A stretch of DNA of 64,000 nt from Paraspadella gotoi (lineage: Eukaryota > Animalia > Chaetognatha). The position numbers and the translations under genes were made by a program. Positions 24,518 to 36,900 of the stretch are shown here, in pieces (position 1 is the first letter of the stretch; each line of letters opens with the position of its first letter). Under the pieces are notes generated by a model. The model was not told where the DNA came from, ran no database searches, and saw only the letters and a list, made by a program, of their open reading frames with translations. The stretch spans positions 22,160,833 to 22,224,832 of the forward strand of contig CM119263.1 of the NCBI GenBank assembly GCA_051294375.1, given 5' to 3'.

Positions 24518-25100
24518 CACCTCTCGAATTCGGTCGTCCGATATCGTCGTTTTCGTCTTTTTCCTCGTCGTCGTTTTCGTCAAAATCGTTATCGTCGTCG
24601 TCGTCGTCGTCGTTCCCGCAATTCCCGCCCTCGACCCCGATGACCACGCAAGCCCGGAGGGCGACAGAGAGAGAGAGAGATGCTTTTTCTACATTTCAAA
24701 GCGGGAATAAATTTTGTCGCACTGTAAAAGCGTTTAGGAGTTTAGAAGAGATAAATTCATTTTGCTTAGACGATAAGGAACATGAAGGGTTTCATTCATA
24801 TTGAAGATGATTGTACTGAATCAACCTTGTTGTATTCAAAATTAATTGTTATCATTGTAGTTTACTTTTGATCCGATACTTAAAACGAAAAATAAGAAGT
24901 AGAGGGATTAAAAATGAATAATAACCGTTTTTACATTTTTTTAACGGACAATGTCCTTCAATGAAAATCCGTTTATGAGCCATAAATAAATCCAATCGGA
25001 TCTCTACAGCCAAAACTGCGGAGCGTTTAACGGAGCAAAACAAACCTGGAGTGCAGCTAAAACAACAGGCCTGTTGTTTGGTCAAGGGGCAGAGAGAGAG

Positions 25101-25155
<55 letters not shown>

Positions 25156-26864
25156 CGAAATACTCTTTTTCAACTGTGCGACCCAGAGAGTTTGTCGTCG
25201 TTGTCGTCGTCGTCGTCGTCGTCGTCGTGGAAAGCTCGCAGCTTGTAGTGGAAAAAGTGACCAAGAGAAAAGTCGGCGACTTTTCCAAATTCGGTTGAGA
25301 GACAAAAGGGCGACGACTACGACGACGACTACGACGACGACGACAACGAATGAAAGTCGCATTGAAGGGGACAATGGGGAACCGTGGTCAAAACAAAGGG
25401 CGAGGGTTTAGGACGGTGAGGACAAAGAGGTAAGGACTTCATGGTTGGGTGATATCAGTTTTTCAGCCCTTGAGAATTTGAGAAGTTTTTAGCCTTTAGT
25501 CTTTTTAGTTGGAAGGTGCTTAGATTTTAATAATTTAAGCATTTATGATTAAGAAAAAAAAAATTATTATTATTATTCTTATTATTTCAAATAAGTTTAA
25601 ATCTATACATCGCGTCTTATCAGTATTAAAAATAAAAAGCCCTCCAAACTATGTCTAACCTAAAACTAAAGCACCCTCAAACCCCCCAAACCCGCCACCC
25701 CCCAAAACACTCAAAACCATTCCCCCCCCCACGAACCCTTTCTCCATCCACGCGCCGACGAGATTTTTCGATGTTCCTAATTAAATCGAAGAACTCGAAG
25801 AACTCTGCTGCATCTCCAGACCGCTTCTTCCCCCCTCTGGTCCCCTTTCTCCGCTTCGGTCCTTTTTTCCCATCCGCTATAGTCCCCCTACTTGAGCTCT
25901 AGTCCCCCCTTCCCGCTACATCTATCCCCATCTAGTACCCTTCCCGCTCCAATCTCTATCCCCATTCTAGTACCCCTTCCTCGGTCCAGACCCCTTACCC
26001 CGCTCCTATCCCCTCTTCACTCTCTCCCTCTGACGAATCGATATCAACAAGACAAAAAAAAGAAAAACAGAATTTTTAGTCGACGGCGAATTTCAATTTG
26101 ATAAAATAAAAAAACACAAAATCGAATAAAACGACTTCGGGCAAAACACATTATTTTTTTTTTAACCGTGATCCATTGTTATTGGCAATCGTGCGACGAA
26201 GTTGGGGTAGAGAAAGGTAGAGAGAGGAATAGAGAGGAACACAATGGAATGGAAAAAAATAGATAAGATATAATTAAAAATAAAAAAGGGGGACAACGAC
26301 AGAAAGTAGATGGTATTGAGGTTAGGTGGTGTAGGAGAGAAATGGATAGAAATGGATAGAAATGGATAAGAAAAGAGATAGTGAGAAGTTAGAATAAATT
26401 AAAATTAAGATTTAAGGCTGCTTAGAAATTGCGAGGAATAAAAAGGAATAGAGTTGGAAAGGAATTTAAAAAATAAACGGAAAAGAAATAGTGGGGAATA
26501 AAAATTGAAAGAAATAGAAAAACGAAGAAAAAATAAAATCAGAAATAGATTAAGTTTAGTGAAAAAAGATGTAGACGAGATAAAAAGCGACTACAAAAAA
26601 AAAATGAAGGTAATCCAAAATAGATTTTCACGTTTTTCGAACGCATTATAAAACTTTTTTTTAAAAATGTCTTTGTGGTCGATTTGCGTCGAGTGAAAAC
26701 GAAAAAGGCGTCGATGCTTCGACTCGATCCGAAACCGGTGAAAAGCTCAGGGGATCGAGAGGAGGAAGAGGAAGATGAGGAGGAAGAGGATCGAAAAACT
26801 GAACTAAAAGATCAAAGGTCGAAAAAGTGTAGCGTCGAATTTCACGCGGATCGAAATCGGGGAG

Positions 26865-26979
26865 AAGGGGATGGGGTTGGGGTAGGGGAAAAAGGAAAAG
26901 GCTAAGGGGAGGGGGTGGGGTAGGGGAAAAAGGAAAAGGCTAAGGGGAGGGGGTGAGGTAGGGGAAAAGGGAAATGGCG
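26865..26979 (+). repeat. ~38-bp tandem repeat x3 with G-quadruplex-type G-runs
   Basis: Unit AGGGGAGGGGGTGGGGTAGGGGAAAAAGGAAAAGGCTA: four runs of at least 4 G with 1-2 nt loops (third unit imperfect). Confidence 0.85.
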
Positions 26980-27496
26980 ATCGATCGATCGAAAAAAGGA
27001 GGAAGAGGAGGATTTGGAAGGTTTTTGAAAATGAAACCCCGAGATCGAATGGTGATTGGTGAAGGGTGAAGCCGTCCAAATCCGCGATCTCTCAATCCGG
27101 TCGTACGTACATCTGTTTTGTCTGTTCGTTAATCTTGTTTCTTTAGATTCTGGGTTTCAATAAGACGCTGAGCAAGATATCTCTTAAAAGTGTTTGCACC
27201 TCAACTTTGGTCCTATTAAATTCACTTTCAGTTAATAACTCATAAATCTAATTTTTAGTATCTTATGCAAGAGGATTTTTGTTTGAATAAAACTTTAAAA
27301 TATTTATCTTTTTCAACAAATAAATTTGTATTTGGAATTTGTTTAATCAGGTTAACATGTATAGAAGATCTATTTGATCCAGTCAGTGAGTCTCTCAGCC
27401 CGACCATGCGTTTGTCGTTCGACGTATAAGTTTTAAAGTTTATTGTTCGTTCGAGTAGCCTCAGAAGGAGAAGTCACGTGACCCCTGACAAAAGAG

Positions 27497-27568
<72 letters not shown>

Positions 27569-28549
27569 CACGCGGCTAACACGCGGCCGGGGGAGGAAAT
27601 GAGCGAAATCGATGCTCGATAAATTAGGGGAGAAAATGTGTTTTTTGAATAGAATGGGAAACGAGAGGCCACGGGTCAAACATTTTGATATATCAAGGGT
27701 CATGGTTATTGGTTAATGTTTGTCTTAAATATAAATTGATATAATTTAAAAATTTATAAAAGTTGAACAATAGTGAACCATTTGAAGGTAAAAAAATGAG
27801 CCTGGTAAAGCTGATAATACAGTTCATGTTGAATAGATAAATATAATTAATATTATATATTCGTTTTTACTTGAATGTAAAAAATATAATACAAACAATT
27901 CTAATTTAATTTTTATCCATCAATATACTTGGTAGTTTTCCTTATACATAATATTATTATTATTATTATTAAACATTATTATACAATATACATACTGTCA
28001 AGAGGATTTAAAGGTCAAATAGAAAAGTCTTGTTTGATTCCGGCAGAAGCGAGACGAACGGGGTCGCGGTTGATTTCAATAAAAGCGAAGTCAAACGCTC
28101 ATAGTTCATGAGGCTCATGGGGTCTAGCTTGAAGTCAACGATTATTAGAAGAAGAGAAAAGAGAGATATTTGGCTGGAGAAAATGAGAATAGAAGGAAAA
28201 TGGGAGAGAGAGAGAAAGAAATTGGAAAACTGGAAGAACAACATTGATAAGAAAAGAAAAAAAAAGAAAAGAAAGAAAAAAAGGTAAGTATTTCTGAAGA
28301 AGAGTCAGGTAAGGAAAAACCTTCCAAAAGTAACGGAGCACAAAAAAAAATTGGGAGGAAATGGAAGAGAAAGATAAATCAAGAAAAGAAAACAAGAAGG
28401 AGAGACTCTCTTCGGCGGAGAAGGAAAAGGAGGAGACGAAGACAGAGAGAAAAAAGGAGTTTAGAACAAAGAGAAACCATTTTAAAAGTTGACGGTCGGA
28501 CGTCAAAAAACAAAGAATTTGAAAGAAAAAAATATTAAATGTTCAAGGA

Positions 28550-28796
28550 GTTGCGCCGCAGTGACTTTTATAAATCCTAACATTTTTCGAAGATCTCAGG
28601 AGTAAAATAGGCGCATTATGAATCTCATGCTACATCACCTTTCCATCGGGTATTAGTCAAAACTATGTAATATTATTTGAGTGAGGAGCGATTAAAATAT
28701 AATTTTAGCATACCGACAAACAGACAAAAAGACTGACCAACCGATCAACCGAAAAGTGACTTATAGAGTTGCTTCGTCAACTTCTCGCGGCGCAAC
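28550..28796 (-). mobile_element. HINE/DINE-1-like element, copy B
   Basis: Perfect 10-bp inverted repeat GTTGCGCCGC (28550-28559) / GCGGCGCAAC (28787-28796). Same GTTGCGCCGCAGTGACT start and CCGAAAAGTGACTTATAGAGTTGC core as copy C, with a degenerate CAGA/CCGA microsatellite. Confidence 0.6.
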
Positions 28797-29183
28797 GAAG
28801 AAAACAAAAAATCTTACGACGAAGAAAAAACGAGAGACGAGAAAAGAAAATATATAGTAAAGAGGCATCTTCGTCGTCGTCGTCGTCATCGTCGTCGCTC
28901 AACCGCCGAGCTCATGGTCTGCCATCACCGCAAATGACGCAATGGCCGCCATTGCTGTCAAAATACTCGCAGTTTTGCTGAGGTAACAAAGAAATGGAAG
29001 ATTCCGTCTCGACAGATTCCATTTCTCTTTTTGCGTCCATCGCATTTTTTTGCAGACTTGTTTTTTTTTTTTTTTTTTTTTGAGGGGGGGTGCACGCCTT
29101 TGGACGCGGAGTCCGCAAAAAAAAAACGTCCCAAAAGATAGAAATCGGACGAGTTGAATCCCGCCAAACTTGACCCGAAAAGT

Positions 29184-29242
<59 letters not shown>

Positions 29243-31183
29243 GAGAGAGAGAGAGAGAGAGAGAGGAAGAGAGAGAAAGAGAGAGAAGTCAATAAAATAT
29301 AAACAGGAACAAACGTCACGCAAAATATGACATCGCCTTGTGAGAGGTCGAAACCGTGAGACACTGAGACACGACATCACCGCGTGACACGCATCTTCTC
29401 GTCGCGTCTCAAGAAAAGACTTCACTCCGTCAAAACATGAAAACACATTATAACTTTGTTTTTTTAAGTTAGTTTGATGAAGAATTCATTTTGGATGTGT
29501 TTTTGGTTTAGCCATGAGTGATTGAATAAACAAATTTAGGGATTTCACTTTTTGGGAAATTAATATTTCGGAGATTTCGGCCTTCAACAAAGGTGCATAA
29601 ATGAAGGCAGAAGAATTCTTTGAAATATTTTGTTCCAAATTATATAGTAATATCGATCGATTTATTTCTTCATTAATTCATAGCAACAAGAACAAATATT
29701 ACATAAACCACTCCTATTGAAACTTCCTCCAGTTATTCTTTTGTGAGTGAGTCACTTTTTCTTCCCTTGTACTTTCCCCAATCGACTAAACCCGAAAGCT
29801 GGTTAGTTAAATCTTAAAAAAAAACCAAGTCGGGAATAGGAGGGTGAGGTCCGCAGCTGCACGACGGCTCGTTCGAGTCAGCGGCCCCGACACGCGAGTG
29901 GATTTGGGTCAGGCTTGGTCAATGGTCAGTGAGCGGGATAGGAGAGGGCGAGATCTTCGGGGCTTAAGGGGGGGAAAGAGGGCCAGAGGGGCAAGGGGAG
30001 AAAGGGCAAATGAGGGAACGAAAAAGGTCAAAGGGGCTCTGCCGATGGATGGGGTGGAGGAAGTCAGGAAAGCGACCGAAAATAGAGCATCGGTTCATCG
30101 GCCCCACGTCTCCCGCTGGAGTCGGTCAAAACTCGCCAGCCTTGGCTTTATTATTATTTATTTTTTCGTGGTGGTGTGAGTTGCGAGGGGGTGGTGGGGT
30201 GGTGGGGTGGTGAAGCAAAAGAAGTGGGCGGTTGAAGGCCAAAAAAAAAAGAAAATAAATAAATAAAAATCGGGTCTCCAAAGATTTATAGGTTTTTTGT
30301 GTGAAGCAAAACAGTTTCGATTCCATTCGCGCCCCTTCGCGATTATGGACCGCCATTTTTTTTCCGATTTCGGCCAAACAATAACAAAAACAACAACATC
30401 CCAATGCGGAGAACGACGACGACGACGACGACGGCGACGATGAGAACGACGAGGATTTGGACGACGATGGCGGTGTTAACTTCAAAGAAATGGTAACGAC
30501 AATAACACATGACAACAAGGACTCTGATTAATAAATATAAATGAGGCGAGTAATAAAGAACTAAACAAACCTAATAATAGTATGAAAGAGAGGTAAGTAA
30601 AACCATACTACGTATTATGATAACATAGACTGTGACGAAGGTGACGTCACGGCGACGAGAATGACGACGACGTCAAAAACTACCCCGCTATTTCGTAACG
30701 GGCAAACTCGGGCCCGTGGCGTGGCGCCATTACGTCAACGACAGACCCGTCCACCTCCATTTTCCTCCAGAGGGACGCATTTTTCTCCGTCGATGACGCG
30801 AGACTTTTGCAGCGAAGGAAGATGTGGGGGGGGGAGACAAAGGGAAGTATTGGTTGAAAATGGAGAAAAATGGAAAAATGGACAAAGAAGGAAAAGCAAA
30901 AAAGCAAATGAATTTAAAAGAACTCGACCTTAGAAAAAAGATTTAACTGAATGATGAAAGAGCGAAATTTGGAAACAAGAGATCAATTAAGATAAATGAA
31001 TAGCGATTGGACATTAGACAATGACGAAGAACAGTGTGTCATAGTAAAAGCGGGGTTAAGAGTAAAATGGTAAATGAACAGAAAATGGAAAGGCTGTGAA
31101 GAAAAAAAGTGAACGATATATATTGACCGGAAAAGAGAAAAGGATTGTGGACGAGAAAAAACCAAGAACGGTAATTCCAATGG

Positions 31184-31458
31184 GTTGCGCCGCAGTGACT
31201 ATATTTTTATATGTATTTCCTTTTGATCACATTCCGTCTTTTATAGTTTTCGGAATTCCTGAAGGCGGCGCTAGCTAGATTTGGGGCTTTTTCTGTCTTA
31301 ACAAATAAGCAACCAACTATAGACAAATTATAATTAATATGCATTTTTAATGTAAGTGGGACAGACCGTCGGATGGAAAGACCGACCGACCGATCGACAG
31401 ATCGACCGAAAAGTGACTTATAGAGTTGCTCGGCCAGTGCTCGCAGCGCAACTAAAAA
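31184..31458 (-). mobile_element. HINE/DINE-1-like (Helentron-associated) non-autonomous element, copy C
   Basis: Subterminal inverted repeats GTTGCGCCGC (31184) / GCAGCGCAAC (31443), internal GACC/GACA tetranucleotide microsatellite, conserved core CCGAAAAGTGACTTATAGAGTTGC, short inner IR AGTTGC...GCAACT, and a T-run at the minus-strand 5' end. Confidence 0.6.
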
Positions 31459-31670
31459 GGATAAATGGAAAGGAAGAAAAAAAAGTAAGAAAAAACGGAT
31501 CAAATATAAGAAATATAAAAAGGATGAAAAAGGAAAAGGAGTAAATAGAGAAAGAGTCCAAAACCTGAGGAGGAGGAGGAGGAAGAGGAGGAGGAGGAGG
31601 AAGGAATCTTGGGCACAATTTGCCCGATGGGAAAAACATAAGCCGGTGGAGGGGCAGATTTGAGATGGTA

Positions 31671-31890
31671 GGGGAGGTGTGTGGGTTAGGGTAGGAGTGG
31701 TGAGTGAATTGTGGTAGGAGTGGTGTGTGGGTAAGAGGTTAGTGAGTTAAATTGAGTGGTGATTTTACCATGGTTAGAGTTGTAATTGGGTTGTAATAGA
31801 AGTTGTGAGTGAATTGTGGTGAATTGTGGAGTGGTGAGTTAATTTTGGTAGGAGTGGTGAGTAAGTTGTGGTAGATGTGATGAGGAGAGC
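31671..31890 (+). repeat. Degenerate GT-rich repeat (GTGAGTGAATTGTGGTAGGAGTG-like)
   Basis: Recurrent GTGAGT(G/T)AATTGTGG and GGTAGGAGTGGTG blocks. A CA-rich look-alike occurs at 58310-58420. Confidence 0.6.
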
Positions 31891-32228
31891 GAGTTTTTGG
31901 TTGGTAATTTAGTTATATTGGTAAAACAGATATAAAATAACAAAAAAGTAATAGTTGTAACTTAATTTTCGGTCCGATAAGATTTTAAGAACTTAATCTG
32001 TGCCTGGATGTGATTCGGTGTGGAATTAAGATGCCAAACCTCCAAAGGGCGGAAAAATCGAGGTTCGGTGAAAAAGTTGAACTACGAGAAGAGGAACGAA
32101 AAAGGAAGAAGAAAAGATTTGATATTTCTGACATAAGAGGGAAAAAACGGGAGCTAAAAGGCACAAACGTTGCTAGGCAGAATGTTGGATCGATGGGAGA
32201 GAGAGAGAGAGAGAAGAGAGAGAGGAGA

Positions 32229-32285
<57 letters not shown>

Positions 32286-32530
32286 ATACGTTGTCTGTCT
32301 TAAGATGATCTCTCTTTATTACTTGGATGAATCGATAAAAAAATTATAGAAAACATTAGATGAAAAGTAAGTCTTAGCCAATTCTTACTATAGTAAAACT
32401 TTAGATAATTACCAATGCATAACGAATTGTTTTTTTTTTTAGTCTAGACCAAGACGCCTCCTTCTCATCCACGCGCTCTCTCTCTTCTTTCATCTCTTCT
32501 CTCCTCTTTCTTCTCTCTCTCATCCTCTCT

Positions 32531-32572
<42 letters not shown>

Positions 32573-33027
32573 CTCTTCTCTCTCTCCTTCACGATTCTTG
32601 CCTTTTTCCCTATATTTTTCGGACCTTGTTTATAATCGCTGATTGAGTTCCTCCTCCTTTTTCTTTTCCTTTAATTTCCTTCTCGTCTTAAACACTTCTC
32701 TCGCGCTGCAAGCGTCGTCTTTGTTTGCCACGCCCCCAGTTCGCCCCCCCCCTTGCTACGCGTCAGCAGTTTTTTTTTTTTTTTTTTTAACGCATGCAAA
32801 ACAAGTTTCGGTAAAGCGATGATCCACTTAACCCGCTAACTACTATTTCTCGTTTCTGTTTTTTCACTCTTTCATTCCTTCTTTCTTTCTTTCTTTCTCT
32901 CTATTTCTCTTCTCTATTTATCTTCCTTATATGTCTTCTCTACCCTTTTTTCAGCCTTTCTTTCTTTTTTTCTCTTTTCTATGCTCTTCTCTATTTCTCT
33001 TCTCTATCCTTTTTTCAGTCTTTCTTT

Positions 33028-33052
33028 NNNNNNNNNNNNNNNNNNNNNNNNN
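33028..33052. other. Assembly gap, exactly 25 N
   Basis: Run of 25 n at the centre of the inverted duplication. Confidence 0.99.
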
Positions 33053-33134
<82 letters not shown>

Positions 33135-33164
33135 AGATAGAGAGGGAATGAGAAGAATGGAAGA

Positions 33165-33616
33165 AAAGAAAGAACTGAAAAAAGGATAGAGAAGAGAAAT
33201 AGAGAAGAGCATAGAAAAGAGAAAAAAGAAAGAAAGGCTGAAAAAGGTAGAGAAGAACAAAAAAGGAAGATAAAATAGAGAAGAGGAAATAAGAGAGAAA
33301 GAGAAAGAGAGGAATGAAAGAGTGAAAAAACAGAAACGAGAAATAGTAGTTAGCGGGTTAAGTGGATCATCGCTTTACCGAAACTTGTTTTGCATGCGTT
33401 AAAAAAAAAAAAAAAAAAACTGCTGACGCGTAGCAAGGGGGGGGGCGAACTGGGGGCGTGGCAAACAAAGACGACGCTTGCAGCGCGAGAGAAGTGTTTA
33501 AGACGAGAAGGAAATTAAAGGAAAAGAAAAAGGAGGAGGAACTCAATCAGCGATTATAAACAAGGTCCGAAAAATATAGGGAAAAAGGCAAGAATCGTGA
33601 AGGAGAGAGAGAAGAG

Positions 33617-33667
<51 letters not shown>

Positions 33668-33904
33668 TAAGAGAGAAGAAAGAGGAGAGAAAGAGAAGAA
33701 GAGAGAGACGGCGTGGATGAGGAAGGAGGCGTCTTGGTCTAGACTAAAAAAAAAAAAAACAATTCGTTATGCATTGGTAATTATCTAAAGTTTTACTATA
33801 GTAAGAATTGGCTAAAGAACTTACTTTCTCTATGTTTTCTATAATTTTTTTATCGGATTCATCCAAGTAATAAAGAGAGATCATCTTAAAGACAGACAAA
33901 CTAT

Positions 33905-33959
<55 letters not shown>

Positions 33960-36900
33960 ATCATTCTCCCTCTCTCTCTTCTCCTCTCTCTCTCTCTCTC
34001 TCTCATCGATCCAACATTCTGCCTAGCAACGTTTGTGCCTTTTTAGCTCCCGTTTTTTCCCTGCTTAATGTCAGAAATATCAAATCTTTTCTTCTCCTTT
34101 TTCGTTCCTCTCTCGTAGTTTCAAACTTTTTTCAACCGAACTCGATTTTTCCGCCTTTGGAGGTTTTGGGCATCTTAATTCCACACCGAATCACCCATCC
34201 AGGCAACAGATTAAAGTTCATTAAAATCTTATCGGACCGAAAAATTAAGTTACAACTATTACTTTTTTTGTTATTTTATATCTGTTTTATCCAAAATATA
34301 AACTAAATTACCACAAAAAACTCGCTCTCCTCATCAACATCTACACACAACTTACTCACCACTCCTACAAAATTAAACTCAGCTCACTCCACCAATTCAC
34401 CACAATTCCACTCACAAAAACTTCTATTACAAACCGCAATTACAACTCTAACCATGGTAAAATCACACACTCCAATTTAACTACTAACCTCACTTACCCA
34501 CACACCACTCCTACCACATTCACTCACGCACTCCTACCCTAACCCACACACCTCCCCTACCATCTCAAATCTGGCCCCTCCCACCGGCTTTATGTTTTTC
34601 CATCGGGCAAATTGTGCCCCAGATTCCCGTCTCCCTCCTCCCCTCTTCCTCCTCCTCTCCTCAGGTTTTGGACTCTTTCTCCTATTTACTCCTTTGCCTT
34701 TTTCAATCCTTTTTATATTTCTTATATCATTTGATCCGTTTTTTTCTTACTTTTTTTTTCTCCTTTCCATTTATCCTTTAGTTGTCTGTCTGCGAGCACT
34801 GGCCGAGCAAACTCTATAAGTCACTTTTTATCGGTCGATCCTGTCGATCGGTCGGGGTCGGTCTTTTCCATCCGACGGTCTGTCCCACTTCATTAAAAAT
34901 GCATATTAATTATAATTTGTCTATAGTTGGTTGCTTATTTGTTAAGACAGAAAAAAGCCCCAAATCTACTAGCGGCCGCCTTCAGAATTCCAAAACTATA
35001 AAAAGACGGATGTGAATCAAAGGAAATACATATAAAAATAATAGCACTGCGGGCGCAACCCCATTTGGAATTACGTTCTTGGTTTTTTCTCGCCACAATC
35101 CTTTTCTTCTTCTTTTTCCCGGTCAATATATATCGTTCTCACTTTTTTCTTCCACAGCCTTTTCCATTTTCCTGTTCATTTACCATTGTTACTCTTAACG
35201 CCCGCTTTACTATGACAACATACACTGTTCTTCGTCATTGTCTAATGTCCAATCGCTATTCATTTATCTTTTGATCTCTTGTTCCAAATTTCGCTCTTTC
35301 CATCATTCAGTTAAATCTTTTTCTAAGGTCGAGTTCTTTAAATTCATTTGCTTTTTGCTTTCCTTCTTTGTCCATTTTTTTCCATTTTTCTCCATTTTCA
35401 CAATACTTCCTTTGTCTTCACCCCCCCACATCTTCCTTCGGCTGCAAAGTCTCGCGTCATCGACGTATGAGAAATGCGTCCTCTGGAGGAAAATGGAGTG
35501 GACAGGGATCTGTCGTTGACGTAAATGGCGCCACGGGCCACGGGCCCGAGTTGCCGTTACGAAATAGCGGGTAGTTTTTTGACGTCGTCGTCATTCTCGT
35601 CGCCTGACGTCACCTTTCGTTCACAGTCCTAATGTTTATCATAATACGTAGTATGGTTTTACTTAACCTCTCTTTCAAACTATTATTAGGGTTTTGTTTA
35701 GTTCTTTATTACTCGCTCTCATTTATATTTAATTAATCAGAAAGTCCTTGTTGTCATGTGTTATTGCGTTACGCCATTTCTTTGAAGTTAACACCAGCCA
35801 TCGTCGTCCAGATCCTTCGTCGTTCTTCAAAATCGTCGCCGTCGTCGTCGTCGTCGTCGTTCTCCGCATTGGGATGTTGTTGTTTTTGTTAATTGTTTGG
35901 CCGAAATCGGAAAAAAAATGGCGGTCCATATCGCGAAGGGGCGCGAAAGGAATCGAAACTGTTTTGCTTATCACACAAAAAAGCCTATAAATCTTTGGAG
36001 ACCCCGAATTTTTATTTAATTTATTTTCTTTTTTTTGGCCTTCAACGCGCCCACTTCTTTTGTTCACCACCCCAACACCCACCACCCTCTCATCGAACTC
36101 ACGACCACCACGAAAAAATAAATAATATAAAGCCAAGGCTGGCGAGATTTTGACCGACTCCAAGCGGAGACGTGGGGCCGATGAACCGATGCTCTATTTT
36201 CGGGTCGCTTTCCTGACTTCCTCCCACCCCATCCATCGGCAGGCGCGCCTTTGACCTTTTTCGTTCCTCATCTGCCTTCTCCCCTTGCCCTTGGCCCTCT
36301 TCCCCCCCTTAAGCCCCGAAGATCTCGCCCCCCTCTCCTATCGCCGCTCACTGACCATTGAACCAAGCCTGACCCAAATCCACTCGGCGTGTCGGGGGCC
36401 GCTGACTCGAACGAGCCGTCGTGGCAAGCTGCGACCTCACCCTCCTATTCCCTGACTGGTTTTTTTTAAGAATTTAACTAACCAGCTTTCGGGTTTAGTC
36501 GATTGGGGAAAGTACAAGGGAAGAAAATGACTCCATGCACAAAAGAATACACTGGAGGAAGTTCATAGGAGTGGTTTATGTATATTTTGTCTTGTTGGCT
36601 ATGAATTAATGAGAATAAATCGATCGAATATTACTATAATAATTTGGAACAAAATAATTCAAAGAATTTCCTTCTGCCTTCATTATGCACCTTTGTGAAG
36701 GCCGAAATCTCACGAAATATTAATTTCCCAAAAAGTGAAATCGCGCTAAATTTGTTTATTCATCACTCATGCTTAAACCAAAAACACATCCAAAATGAAT
36801 TCTTCATCAAACTAACTAAAAAAACAAAGTTAATAATGTGTTTTCATGTTTGAACGGAGTGAAGTCTTTTCTTGAGAACGCGACGAGAAGATGGCGTGTC

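Larger units (their letters stand above)
27130..33027 (+). repeat. Left arm of a ~6 kb inverted duplication
   Basis: Reverse complement aligns continuously to 33165-39320, e.g. 32821 GATCCACTTAACCCGCTAACTACT vs ~33345 AGTAGTTAGCGGGTTAAGTGGATC, and 27130 TAATCTTGTTTCTTTAGATTCTGGG vs ~39295 CCCAGAATCCTAAAGAACCAGGATTA. ORF 32401..32592(-) mirrors ORF 33597..33788(+). Confidence 0.95.
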
